Shown here: positions 7,741-16,615 of the stretch, piece after piece | Position numbering within the stretch: the stretch's first letter is position 1 | Layout: every line of letters begins with the position of its first letter | Source: a virus | Lineage: Duplodnaviria > Caudoviricetes | Length of the DNA: 37,345 nt | Reading direction: 5' to 3' (one strand) | Virus record (IMG/VR): IMGVR_UViG_3300044513_001674 | Coordinates: 1-37,345 of that record | Notes under the pieces: model-generated | Database searches by the model: none | Told to the model about the DNA's origin: nothing | The model's input: the letters and a program-made list of their open reading frames with translations, nothing else | Program-made: the position numbers and the translations under genes

Positions 7741-9213
7741 CTATTCCTTTAAATTAACGTTTATAATCTCATAGTTAAAATTTTCTTCATTGTAAACTTT
7801 AATTCTTTCTATAAGATGGTTTAGTGTGTAATTCCTTCTTGCCTTATGTGTGCAATCATCAGATATATCATAAAGCATTGCTTTTGTTTTGTTCTTGCCT
7901 TTTCTTAAGACTCTACCAATAGATTGTAAATTACGTATTCTAGATTTACTGGGAGATGCAAAAACAACGTTGTGTAGGTTTCTTATATTTATTCCAGTAG
8001 AGAATACACCATAAGAAGCGACAATAATTGCATCACTTTCTCTCTCTGTAATTTCTCTTACTTGTTCTCTCTCCACAGTATCTACACCACCATGAACAAA
8101 AAATACTTTTCTGTTACTCTTCACGCTAGACTCAATAAGTTCAAATAAAGGTTTACCATGTGCTTCTACTCTTGAGAATAGAATAAGAGTATTACCTTTT
8201 AAATCTATAGCAAGGTTTTTAATAAAATTATTCCTACGCTCATGTGATATAATAAATTGAACTTCATCTTCATAGGTAGGAAATATTTGTGGAGTATGTT
8301 TTAACACTAAACAAGTAATATCCAATTTTGATAAATGACCCTTTGCCATCAACTCTGCAGTTCTGACAATTTTGTAGGAAGGACCAAACAAACCTTCAAG
8401 AACCCATTTGTGGGTTTGAGTTCCATCAAGTGTTCCAGTAAATCCAAATCTATATTTTGCATCAGCAAGTTTAGTCATTATAGATATTAAAGACTTACTC
8501 TTAAAAAGGTGTGCTTCATCGCCAATGACCACCTCATAAGGTTCAAAAAATGAACGGTCAAGTTTATAAATTGATTGCCAAGTGGTTATTGTGACAGGAG
8601 CATCAGATACTTTTTCCCGTCCAGAATAAATTTTATGGCAATATGTCTGAGCATCCCAACCATAATCCTCAAAGTCTTTATACATCTGCTCTACTAGAGA
8701 TGTCGTTGGAACAACTAAGAGGATTTTTTTCTGTTTATCTGAGTAATACCGAACTACTGAATAAATCATCAATGATTTACCTGAGGCAGTTGGTGATATC
8801 AATAATTTTCTATTATGTCGTAAAGCATCGTATACTCCCTCAATTTGATAGTCTCTGGGACGAATTGAGGTAATAGAATTCATGTAATCCTTGACACCTT
8901 CTTTTGATATACCCTCATTTACTTCAAAGGGCATACCATAGAATTTATTATCTTCAAACTTGTACGTATATCTATAGTTTTCACAAAAGGATATTAATTT
9001 ATCAAGTAAACCAATATACAATTGTTTTGATCTCATATCAAATAAGTGAATTTCCCCATTCCAGTTTCTACCTCTATATTGAGGCATGAATTTGGCGTTA
9101 GGAACTTCAAATTTAAAGTAGTCTCTTAATTCATATTCAACGTGTGGTTCGCATTGAATTTTTAAAAACACCTCATTTGATTTTTGAATAATGAGATCAT
9201 AGTTATTAACCAT
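7741..9213 (-). CDS. uvsW: UvsW RNA-DNA/DNA-DNA SF2 helicase
   Basis: PRDYQ, SPTASGKS, TTWQS, GDEAH, GFTGT, STGINI, QSIGRVLR. Confidence 0.96.
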   Translation of the reverse strand: MVNNYDLIIQKSNEVFLKIQCEPHVEYELRDYFKFEVPNAKFMPQYRGRNWNGEIHLFDMRSKQLYIGLLDKLISFCENYRYTYKFEDNKFYGMPFEVNEGISKEGVKDYMNSITSIRPRDYQIEGVYDALRHNRKLLISPTASGKSLMIYSVVRYYSDKQKKILLVVPTTSLVEQMYKDFEDYGWDAQTYCHKIYSGREKVSDAPVTITTWQSIYKLDRSFFEPYEVVIGDEAHLFKSKSLISIMTKLADAKYRFGFTGTLDGTQTHKWVLEGLFGPSYKIVRTAELMAKGHLSKLDITCLVLKHTPQIFPTYEDEVQFIISHERRNNFIKNLAIDLKGNTLILFSRVEAHGKPLFELIESSVKSNRKVFFVHGGVDTVEREQVREITERESDAIIVASYGVFSTGINIRNLHNVVFASPSKSRIRNLQSIGRVLRKGKNKTKAMLYDISDDCTHKARRNYTLNHLIERIKVYNEENFNYEIINVNLKE

Positions 9214-9643
9214 ATCCTGCTTGGAATCGTAGGAACTCTATTGCATTCTTAATTTGGTAAGTTCTATTTTGAATTACCTTAAGAATACTTTCCAAGTAAT
9301 TTAAAATGGTATCGTAATACTCAACTTTTAAACTGACTTGTGATAATTTTTCGTCAGCATCCAAATACTTTTGGAGCGTATCTTTGTCTCTAATTTTTTT
9401 GGGGAAAGGATTTTCTGTGTAGACTTCTGGATCTGCCTTTCCTGTAAAATACTCGTACCGTTCGTGTCTAATATTTTTGCGGGTCTGTTCCGCCTTTTTC
9501 TTCAGTAAAATTACGGTATTATAGATCTCAAAATATTTAGCATGTAAAACAGGAACGTTAATCGATTCCTGATGCAAATTATCCATATCAATGTGGGCGT
9601 CTTTTTCCCACATCTTCTGGATCTCATCCAAATCTAAAATCAT
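9206..9643 (-). CDS. uvsY: UvsY recombination mediator
   Basis: LHAKY, YFTGKADPEVY, YLDAD, RTYQIKNAIEFLRFQAG; upstream of uvsW. Confidence 0.92.
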   Translation of the reverse strand: MILDLDEIQKMWEKDAHIDMDNLHQESINVPVLHAKYFEIYNTVILLKKKAEQTRKNIRHERYEYFTGKADPEVYTENPFPKKIRDKDTLQKYLDADEKLSQVSLKVEYYDTILNYLESILKVIQNRTYQIKNAIEFLRFQAGYG

Positions 9644-10203
9644 AAAGGTTTGCCGTTTCTATCTAATATATTGTAAATAGTATACTTGAAAGATACCTCT
9701 GCCGTAAAGAATTCGGTATCTGAATTGGTAGCATCAAATTGCATGTCTCCCAAATCATATGGGAACATGTCTTTAAATACGACTTCAAACTGTGGTCTAT
9801 TATTACTATTCATAACAACAAGAGATCCATCAGAATAGATATTCATTGAATTACTATCATAACCAACATTATTTGTTTGATCTTCTTGGAAGTCATATAT
9901 CTCATTTAAAGACTCTGGAAATCCTAGTCCTCTCATCCATCGTTGGATCTCCATGTAATTTTCGAGATTCTCATCAACAATAAATCTTAAAGTAAAATCA
10001 TTAAATTGAATTTTATCTCCAGGAATATCAATGTTCTTGAGATATGATGGTTGCTCCGCAACACCAAGACTTAATCCTGGAATATTTGCAGAGTTTGAAA
10101 AGAATGATACCTTCCTTGCTCTCGTGAGAGTAAATCTAAACCCAATTGAAGATAGGAAGTTCCTATTTTGAATTTGATTACTATATGCGTTTCCTACTGC
10201 CAC
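9640..10203 (-). CDS. g3: Tail completion / tube terminator protein gp3
   Basis: NFLSSIGFRF, ANIPG, IPGDKI, FIVDENLENY, FKDMFP (tube-like fold); GTG start; position between g23 and uvsY. Confidence 0.88.
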   Translation of the reverse strand: MAVGNAYSNQIQNRNFLSSIGFRFTLTRARKVSFFSNSANIPGLSLGVAEQPSYLKNIDIPGDKIQFNDFTLRFIVDENLENYMEIQRWMRGLGFPESLNEIYDFQEDQTNNVGYDSNSMNIYSDGSLVVMNSNNRPQFEVVFKDMFPYDLGDMQFDATNSDTEFFTAEVSFKYTIYNILDRNGKPL

Positions 10204-10227
10204 GGTTAGACGTACAAGTATATGGAC

Positions 10228-10234
10228 TATTTAG
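10228..10234 (-). promoter_or_regulatory. T4-type late promoter (CTAAATA) for g3-uvsY-uvsW
   Basis: CTAAATA on the minus strand just downstream of the g23 terminator and ~25 nt before the g3 start. Confidence 0.65.
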
Positions 10235-10236
10235 AT

Positions 10237-10262
10237 AAAAAAAGAGACCCTTGCGGGTCTCT
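10237..10262 (-). terminator. Rho-independent terminator after g23
   Basis: Minus strand AGAGACCC-GCAA-GGGTCTCT followed by a T run; GNRA tetraloop. Confidence 0.9.
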
Positions 10263-10288
10263 CGTATACAGATTGTGAATCCGATGGA

Positions 10289-11692
10289 TCACATGAGGTT
10301 CTTGATTTGAACTCTTCTGTAGTAACGGTTCTGGTTGACCTTGAGACGACCCAGACCTTGCTCGGTGCCTTCTGCGAAGGGGTTTGCAACAAGACCATAA
10401 CGGGTCTTGAAGCCGATCTTGGGCTGGAAGGTGTTCTCGCCAACTGCACGTACCATCTGGAGGGGTACGTATGGGCAGTAGAAGAGACCTGCGTCGTAAG
10501 GTGAAGAACCCTTGTAACCTACAACGTAGTACTGCTGAGCAGCAACGTTTGCAGCATAAGGATCGATATAAACGCGATACTTACCGAGCAGAACACCAGC
10601 GAAGGTGTTGCCAGTGTCATCAACGTTCAGGTTAGCGTTGAGTGCTGGGGTGTAATCCAGAACGCCTGCCATTGACAGTGCCGAAGCAACGTCAGCAGAA
10701 CACATGATTACGTTGCCCTTTCCTCTACGAGTTCTTTGTGCAATCGCGTTAGCGTCGCGCTCGATTTGGAACAGCAGACCCTTGAACTTCTCAACTGACC
10801 AACGACCGTTGGAGTCGATGTCGAGGTCGAATACGCCAGGAGTTGCGGTGTTAGCAGCAGCGCCTTGCTCAGCAACCTTATAGATGGTTCTGATAACTTC
10901 TCTGTTGATCTCAGCGAGGATCTCAGTGGAGAGAATGTTAGCAAGTTCTGCTTCTGCATTCAGACCATGAATTGCCTTCAGGTCTTGTGCAAGCTCAAGG
11001 CTGTATTCTGCCTTCAGTGCTCTTGACTTTGCTTCAACGAGAACTTTCTCGATTGAGAATGCCATCTCGTTGAACTGGTTGCCATCACCATTACCCAGGT
11101 TCTCAGCGTCGCCAGTTACCATACCCTGACCAACGTTGTAGCCAGTGGATGATGCTGAACCAACAGGGTTCAGGAGACCAGGATTGCTACCTGCTTGTGA
11201 AGTAGTACCCATACCAGCAACTCCATCGGAGAAGCCAGCAGCCTGATCAAGACCATCAGGTTGACCAGAGAATGCGGTATCTGCTTCGTTGAACAGTGCT
11301 TCTGCGCCACTCTGATTGGTGTAGCGTGAACGCATTGCGAAGATCAGTCCAGTAGGACCGCTCATTGGTTGAACGCCTGCCAGGTCATATGCGACGAGGT
11401 TAGGCATTGCGCGTCTGATCAGTGAGATCAGAACGGGATCAAAACCTGCAACAGGACCTGCTGCATCAGCCGAACCTGAGAAACCGCCTGATGCACCAGC
11501 AGCGTTAGCTGCGTTGGTTGGGGTTTCGTTCAGCATACCTGAAGAGAATGCTTGCTGCTCTCTCAGGAACTTTTCTTGGTTTTCCAGCAGGACTGCGGTT
11601 ACCGCTCTTCTGTGGGAATCTTTGATTGGATCAAGACCCTCATAGTCGAGAAGTGGACTCCACTTTTCCTGCAGATGCTCTGATTGGAACAT
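10289..11692 (-). CDS. g23: Major capsid protein gp23
   Basis: EKWSPLL, FDPVLISLIRR, GVQPMSGPTGLIFAMR, KSRALKAEYSLELAQDLKAIHG, GLFYCPYVPL, FQPKIGFKTRYG. Confidence 0.98.
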   Translation of the reverse strand: MFQSEHLQEKWSPLLDYEGLDPIKDSHRRAVTAVLLENQEKFLREQQAFSSGMLNETPTNAANAAGASGGFSGSADAAGPVAGFDPVLISLIRRAMPNLVAYDLAGVQPMSGPTGLIFAMRSRYTNQSGAEALFNEADTAFSGQPDGLDQAAGFSDGVAGMGTTSQAGSNPGLLNPVGSASSTGYNVGQGMVTGDAENLGNGDGNQFNEMAFSIEKVLVEAKSRALKAEYSLELAQDLKAIHGLNAEAELANILSTEILAEINREVIRTIYKVAEQGAAANTATPGVFDLDIDSNGRWSVEKFKGLLFQIERDANAIAQRTRRGKGNVIMCSADVASALSMAGVLDYTPALNANLNVDDTGNTFAGVLLGKYRVYIDPYAANVAAQQYYVVGYKGSSPYDAGLFYCPYVPLQMVRAVGENTFQPKIGFKTRYGLVANPFAEGTEQGLGRLKVNQNRYYRRVQIKNLM

Positions 11693-11741
11693 TTGCTTTT
11701 ACCTTTACTAAATGTGTTTTTTGGTTTGAATTATATTAAAT

Positions 11742-12947
11742 TCACTTTTTGCTAACAGCACCGAGAGTTCTGAGGTAGCTGTTCATGTAATCAGGTGTAT
11801 GACCTGTTGCATCAACATCTACTTCCTCAGACAGATTTTCGGTCTGCGCTTTAGGAGCTTTCTTTGCTGAGAAGTATGACTCCTTCAGCATCTCCAGTTT
11901 TTCACGATATTTTGCTGCACTTTCAAACTCAACACTTTCGGCAAGTGAAGCGAGCTTCTCTTTTTGAGAGAGTGCAAGACCCTCTGCTACTTCATCAAAG
12001 ATTCCATCTGCAACCGACTCAGAGAGGCGCTTGTTAAGGTGGATATTCTTCTCGATCTGCTCGTTGAGTTTTGTCTCCATGTCATCAAGTTTTTCTACCA
12101 TGCTCTCAAGTACATCATATTTCTCTTCAGGGATTGATACATAATGCTCTTCAAAAAGTCCCTTCAGACCAGCCATGAAGGACTCTGACATTTCTGCCTT
12201 CAGTCCACCCTCAATGGCAAGTCTATTTTCGGTGACCCATTCTTCTGCAACATACTCAAGATACGAGTCAACTCTTTCTTCAAGAGCAGACTTGATCTCG
12301 GTTACCTCTTCCATGAGGCGCTCTTCGTATGCTTCGTCGTAAGCAGCGGTGAGACCTTCTTTGATCTCTTCGACCTTTGATCTCAGTGCTGCTTCAAAGA
12401 TGGTGCGTGCTTTCTCTTGGAATTCTTCCGAGAGATCTTCACCATCGAGGAGGGCGCTAACGTCTTCAGTGACATCAAACTCCTCTTCTTCGATCTCGTC
12501 TGCCTCAGCGACAACCTCTTCTTCAGTTTCCTCTTCTTCAGAGACAACCTCTTCTTCGGTTTCCTCTTCTTCAGAAACTACCTCTGCCTCATCGGTGATT
12601 TCCTCATCCTCTTCGATATACTCTTCAGAGTCGAGTTCTTCTTCCTCTTTAACAGCGTCACTCTTCTTCAGACCCTTCATAGGATCAGCACCTTTAGCAC
12701 CCTTGGTTACAACATCCTTAACTTGCTTAAGGGTTGCACCAGGAGTTTTAAGTGCTGCTGAATTGTCATCAGACTTATAGTTTTCTGGTGTAGGACCACC
12801 AAGATCTTCCCAGGATCCAGTTTGACCTGCTACTGCGCCTGGAGCAAGCTTCTGCATGGGATCCCCTGCCTTTGCACCTGCATTGACAGCGGTCTTGGAT
12901 TGACTTGTGCCTGCTTCCATTTCCTGTAAATTGTTGTCACTAGACAT
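11742..12947 (-). CDS. g22: Prohead core scaffold protein gp22
   Basis: Acidic coiled coil, LSEEFQEKARTIFEAA, VDSYLEYVAEEW, LKESYF; between g21 and g23. Confidence 0.94.
   Translation of the reverse strand: MSSDNNLQEMEAGTSQSKTAVNAGAKAGDPMQKLAPGAVAGQTGSWEDLGGPTPENYKSDDNSAALKTPGATLKQVKDVVTKGAKGADPMKGLKKSDAVKEEEELDSEEYIEEDEEITDEAEVVSEEEETEEEVVSEEEETEEEVVAEADEIEEEEFDVTEDVSALLDGEDLSEEFQEKARTIFEAALRSKVEEIKEGLTAAYDEAYEERLMEEVTEIKSALEERVDSYLEYVAEEWVTENRLAIEGGLKAEMSESFMAGLKGLFEEHYVSIPEEKYDVLESMVEKLDDMETKLNEQIEKNIHLNKRLSESVADGIFDEVAEGLALSQKEKLASLAESVEFESAAKYREKLEMLKESYFSAKKAPKAQTENLSEEVDVDATGHTPDYMNSYLRTLGAVSKK
12511..12576. repeat. 33-bp tandem duplication (2 copies) within g22
   Basis: acaacctcttcttcagtttcctcttcttcagag / acaacctcttcttcggtttcctcttcttcagaa (2 mismatches), encoding SEEEETEEEVV twice. 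Confidence 0.85.
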
Positions 12948-12983
12948 TTGAGACTCTCCGATTAACCTTTGTAATTTAATCTA

Positions 12984-12994
12984 TATTTATTTAT
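12984..12994 (-). promoter_or_regulatory. Late promoter (ATAAATA, tandem overlapping) for g22-g23
   Basis: Minus strand ATAAATAAATA in the g21-g22 gap. Confidence 0.7.
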
Positions 12995-13025
12995 TAAATT
13001 GAAAAATTGAACTGTATATATAGCG

Positions 13026-13679
13026 TCAAAGTGAATTGAGGAAGTCATTAAAGAGAGATAACTTCTTCTCTTCCAAAACCCTTGACCTTGCTGCTTCTTC
13101 AATTCTTCTCTGAGTTTGTCTGGCGAGTTTTTCGCGGAGGATGCCACCATCCCAGACCCACTCTTTACCTTCCATAATTCCCTCAACAAATGCATCGGGA
13201 GCGGAAGGATCGGCAACGATATCTGCTGCAGTAGCAAGCATAAAATCTTCGCCAACTTCTTTATAACCTGCCTTAATATTGTCTCTTAAAGAACCAATAC
13301 CACGAGAAGATACTCCAAGAGTAACTCCGTCCTTCAGAAGCGCCTCAGCAATTTTACCCATTGGAGTGTGCAGAATCTGCGCTTTGCCAACGAAGTTATT
13401 GCCGTCTTGCCTCAACTCAGTAATCTTATGTGAAACTCTATCGAGGTTTACGGTAGGACCATCGGGGTGACCTAACTCCCCAAGTGCTCTACCCTTAGCA
13501 ACATAGTCTTTGGTATAACGCTTTACTTCCCTTTCCATAATATTGAAGGGATACATTCTACCATTACGGTTGACCATCTCACTCTGAAGGAATACGCCCT
13601 TAATGAACATATTCTTCTTACCGTTTACGGTTTCAGTGAGAACTTCTACCTTCTCAATTTCTTCTCTAATGAGTTTCAT
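13026..13679 (-). CDS. g21: Prohead protease gp21
   Basis: MKLIRE, NRNGRMY, ALGELGHP, LGVSSRGIGS, DIVADPSAPDAFVEGIME. Confidence 0.97.
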   Translation of the reverse strand: MKLIREEIEKVEVLTETVNGKKNMFIKGVFLQSEMVNRNGRMYPFNIMEREVKRYTKDYVAKGRALGELGHPDGPTVNLDRVSHKITELRQDGNNFVGKAQILHTPMGKIAEALLKDGVTLGVSSRGIGSLRDNIKAGYKEVGEDFMLATAADIVADPSAPDAFVEGIMEGKEWVWDGGILREKLARQTQRRIEEAARSRVLEEKKLSLFNDFLNSL

Positions 13680-13696
13680 TTTAGAATACGGTTGGT

Positions 13697-13711
13697 TATT
13701 TAGTTATTTAT
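13697..13711 (-). promoter_or_regulatory. Late promoter(s) for g21 (ATAAATA and CTAAATA)
   Basis: Two adjacent TAAATA motifs on the minus strand in the short gap upstream of the g21 ATG. Confidence 0.65.
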
Positions 13712-13717
13712 TAACCT

Positions 13718-13885
13718 TCAGTCTTCAGCGTCTTTAAACTCTTCTTCGTCAAACATGGAGTTGTTAACTCCTGGTCTAATCGCTTCAATTTTTTCGGCAG
13801 ATTTGGTATAAAGAATCTCTTTAATCTTATCTGATACATTAGTGGGTGATTCATCACTAATAATCATATCTAGAAGGTCGTCCAT
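13718..13885 (-). CDS. Small acidic prohead-core-type protein (gp67-like position), 55 aa
   Basis: Likely start ATG 13885: MDDLLDMIISDESPTNVSDKIKEILYTKSAEKIEAIRP; preceded by CTAAATA; occupies the usual slot between g20 and g21. Confidence 0.72.
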   Translation of the reverse strand: MDDLLDMIISDESPTNVSDKIKEILYTKSAEKIEAIRPGVNNSMFDEEEFKDAED

Positions 13886-13908
13886 TGCTATACTGTAGAT
13901 TACCGAGT

Positions 13909-13923
13909 TATTTAGGATAAATA
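13909..13923. promoter_or_regulatory. Back-to-back divergent late promoters
   Basis: TATTTAG (13909-13915; CTAAATA on minus) then ATAAATA (13917-13923 on plus), 1 nt apart, in the 56-nt gap between divergent starts. Confidence 0.65.
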
Positions 13924-13941
13924 CGAAAAAGGGTTTTTGTA

Positions 13942-14859
13942 ATGGATGGGTTCCCTCATATCTACTATACAAATGTTGATCGTAAAGTAGATAGAAAGCA
14001 GTATATGGAATCTCAGTTTGATTCTCTTGGATTATCTTATACAAGAGTTGAGATGTTATCTTGCCCTAAAGATGGTCCACCAAAAAACTTTTTAGATAAC
14101 CTAACAGGCACATATCCAGATAACTGTTCTCAATGGATAAACTGGTATGGTTCTTTATTGTTTGATTTTTTTGAAGACTGGTTGACAACCGATCAAGATT
14201 ATCTTCTTTTTATGGAAGATGATTATGACTTATCTCTAATAACAAAATGGCACTTCACTTGGGAAGAGTTTATGAATAGAGTTCCATATGATTGGGACTG
14301 TATTCAACTTGGATTTGAATCTCCAGATATAATTCCGTTTTATTTACATCCAACTAGACCACAGTACTCTTTGGGACCATGTTTGTTGAGAAGAGATTAT
14401 GTTGAGAAGTTAGTTAGTCTCCATAAACCATCGGGCAAATATAAATTTGATTACAGAATTGCGAATCATATTTACATTGATAGAGACTCTGGAATACATG
14501 ATGGTTGGGACTATGTTGCAACTTCTGGTGGTCCAGACTATTATATAAATCAATCGGGTAAAAGTTATTCGATACCACTAATCCCAATGAATCCATACCT
14601 TGCTGGAATTAGTCATCAAGGACCATTTGGAGAACTAGATTGGAAACCAAAACTTAGTTTTGTTAAATGTCATGAGGCATATCATGAATGGTGGAGTAAT
14701 GATAGGGATAATTTTACCCTAGATGAGTTCTTTACTTATGGTAAAGATAATGATGTTCTAATGGAAAAAGACATTTCCAGATGGGACGATAAATATTTCT
14801 ACGACCTGGCGATGAATAATGCGGAACGTTTATCTTTTTCAACCTCAGTATTCAGTTGA
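13942..14859 (+). CDS. Glycosyltransferase family 25-like
   Basis: IYYTNVDRKVDRKQYMESQF (GT25 N-terminal motif), LLFMEDDYD (EDD), VPYDWDCIQLG. Confidence 0.8.
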   Translation: MDGFPHIYYTNVDRKVDRKQYMESQFDSLGLSYTRVEMLSCPKDGPPKNFLDNLTGTYPDNCSQWINWYGSLLFDFFEDWLTTDQDYLLFMEDDYDLSLITKWHFTWEEFMNRVPYDWDCIQLGFESPDIIPFYLHPTRPQYSLGPCLLRRDYVEKLVSLHKPSGKYKFDYRIANHIYIDRDSGIHDGWDYVATSGGPDYYINQSGKSYSIPLIPMNPYLAGISHQGPFGELDWKPKLSFVKCHEAYHEWWSNDRDNFTLDEFFTYGKDNDVLMEKDISRWDDKYFYDLAMNNAERLSFSTSVFS

Positions 14860-16615
14860 AGTAAGAAAGGAAGATAATTATTGGTTACCTTATAGTGTTG
14901 CTTGTCTATGGAGTTACTGTGGACAATTTGATGACATTAAAGATAATTACGAGTTAAAAGATATCATCTTTAAAAGAGAACATCCAGATAAACTATTAGA
15001 TAGATTAGACAACCCGCGTTTGTGTGCATTTAGTTGTTATATTTGGAACGAGAGATATTGCTTAACTATTGCAGAACTAATTAAGAGAAGATATCCAGAG
15101 TGTATTATTGAATTTGGTGGACCGCAAGCAACTAAAAAAATGCTCGATGAGAATGATTTTATCGATTGCATTATGCTTGGGGGAGATGGTGAAGTTAACT
15201 TCTTGGATTTACTGAGAACTATTGTAGAAGGAAAAGATATAACTCGCATTTACGAGAGGGGAAGAATACAAGACTTAGAGTTTCTGAGTCCATATCAAAC
15301 TGGATTGTTTGATAAATTGGTCTCCGAAAATCCAGATACTTTGTGGGCAACTGTTATTGAATCTAATAGAGGATGTCCCCATAGATGTACTTACTGCGAC
15401 TGGGGTGGTACGACTATGAGTAAAATTAACAAGTTTAACTTGCAAAGAGTTCAAGATGATATTGAATGGGCGCGTGATAATAACGTGGCATTCTTAATGA
15501 TGACTGATGCAAATTTTGGAATATTTGCTGAGAGAGATTTGGAGATTGCAAAACTATTGAAGAAAGCGGGAGATCATCCAAATAGCAAGATCGAAGATAT
15601 TGTTCTTCAGTACTCCAAAAACTCAAATGAGGTTGTATTTGAGATTACAAAAGAGATGGGTGGATTTGCGAGACGTGGTGTTACCGTCAGTGTTCAGAGT
15701 ATGAATCAACCAACTCTTAAAGCAATTAAGAGAAAAAATTTACATATAAAAGACCTCAAAGGACATATGGAACTTGCCAGAAAATGGGGAGTTCGTACAT
15801 ACTCCGAATTGATTCTTGGTTTACCTGAAGAAACATTAGAGTCTTGGAAGGATGGAATTTGCACCCTACTAGAATGCGGTCAACATGAGTCTATTGACGT
15901 TTGGTTCTGTCAAGTTTTTGGCAACACTGAATTGAACAGTGCTTTATCGAGAGAAGTATATGGAATTCAAACAGTACAAGCAGAAGATTATGTATCATTC
16001 ACAAATACTAAAGATTGTATAGAAATTAAAGAGACCGTAGAAATTATTAAAGGAACGAATACATTACCGACAGAAGAATTAATAGAGGCGTATCTTTATG
16101 CATGGATGATAGTACAATTCCATATCAATGGATATTCTCAAGTAATATCAAAGTATTATAGAAACAAAAATAAAACCAAATATAGAGAATTTTATGACCG
16201 ATTGTTTAGTGCAATAAAAAGTGATCCTGTTTTATTTGGGCAGCATTATAAAAATCTCTACGACAAAATATATAATTACATGACCACTGGAAAAGTTACC
16301 GACAGCACTGGACATGCATTAGAAATGTCAATGGCGACGGACTACAATTTATTTTGGGAGAATAAAGAGCATACATTTGGTCTAATCTCTAAATGTTGGC
16401 AGGTTGAAGATTACCTACTAGATTTCCAAAAAGAATTTGTATATAATCCACATAGAGAGTATCCAATAAAATTATCTTTACCATTCGATTTGGACACTTG
16501 GGAAGATAGGAATACCAACTACAATATTTGTAATCCTAGAGAAGAATCTGAGAGATATGACATGTGGGTATTAAAGCGCAAAGGTCTTGATAAAAATACT
16601 ATTGTAAAATTATGA
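14819..16615 (+). CDS. Cobalamin (B12)-binding radical SAM enzyme, paralog 1
   Basis: N-terminal B12-binding-like domain (LPYSVA, AFSCYIWN, GGPQAT, GDGE); ESNRGCPHRCTYCDW (CxxxCxxC); DANFG; SVQS; ELILGLPEET. Confidence 0.9.
   Translation: MRNVYLFQPQYSVEVRKEDNYWLPYSVACLWSYCGQFDDIKDNYELKDIIFKREHPDKLLDRLDNPRLCAFSCYIWNERYCLTIAELIKRRYPECIIEFGGPQATKKMLDENDFIDCIMLGGDGEVNFLDLLRTIVEGKDITRIYERGRIQDLEFLSPYQTGLFDKLVSENPDTLWATVIESNRGCPHRCTYCDWGGTTMSKINKFNLQRVQDDIEWARDNNVAFLMMTDANFGIFAERDLEIAKLLKKAGDHPNSKIEDIVLQYSKNSNEVVFEITKEMGGFARRGVTVSVQSMNQPTLKAIKRKNLHIKDLKGHMELARKWGVRTYSELILGLPEETLESWKDGICTLLECGQHESIDVWFCQVFGNTELNSALSREVYGIQTVQAEDYVSFTNTKDCIEIKETVEIIKGTNTLPTEELIEAYLYAWMIVQFHINGYSQVISKYYRNKNKTKYREFYDRLFSAIKSDPVLFGQHYKNLYDKIYNYMTTGKVTDSTGHALEMSMATDYNLFWENKEHTFGLISKCWQVEDYLLDFQKEFVYNPHREYPIKLSLPFDLDTWEDRNTNYNICNPREESERYDMWVLKRKGLDKNTIVKL

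Noticed and set aside
10231-10449. 72-aa minus-strand ORF across the end of g23
   Set aside because: Alternate frame of g23 that runs through the terminator; no recognisable features.
12511-12576. 33-bp repeats as a CRISPR-like array
   Set aside because: Two adjacent in-frame copies with no spacers, inside a coding region.
12349-12780. Ser-rich and Phe-rich plus-strand ORFs
   Set aside because: Antisense shadows of the Glu-rich tract of gp22.
13886-14044. N-terminal extension of the 108-aa ORF 13718..14044
   Set aside because: It overlaps the GT25 start and the divergent promoter pair; the protein-like part begins at ATG 13885.
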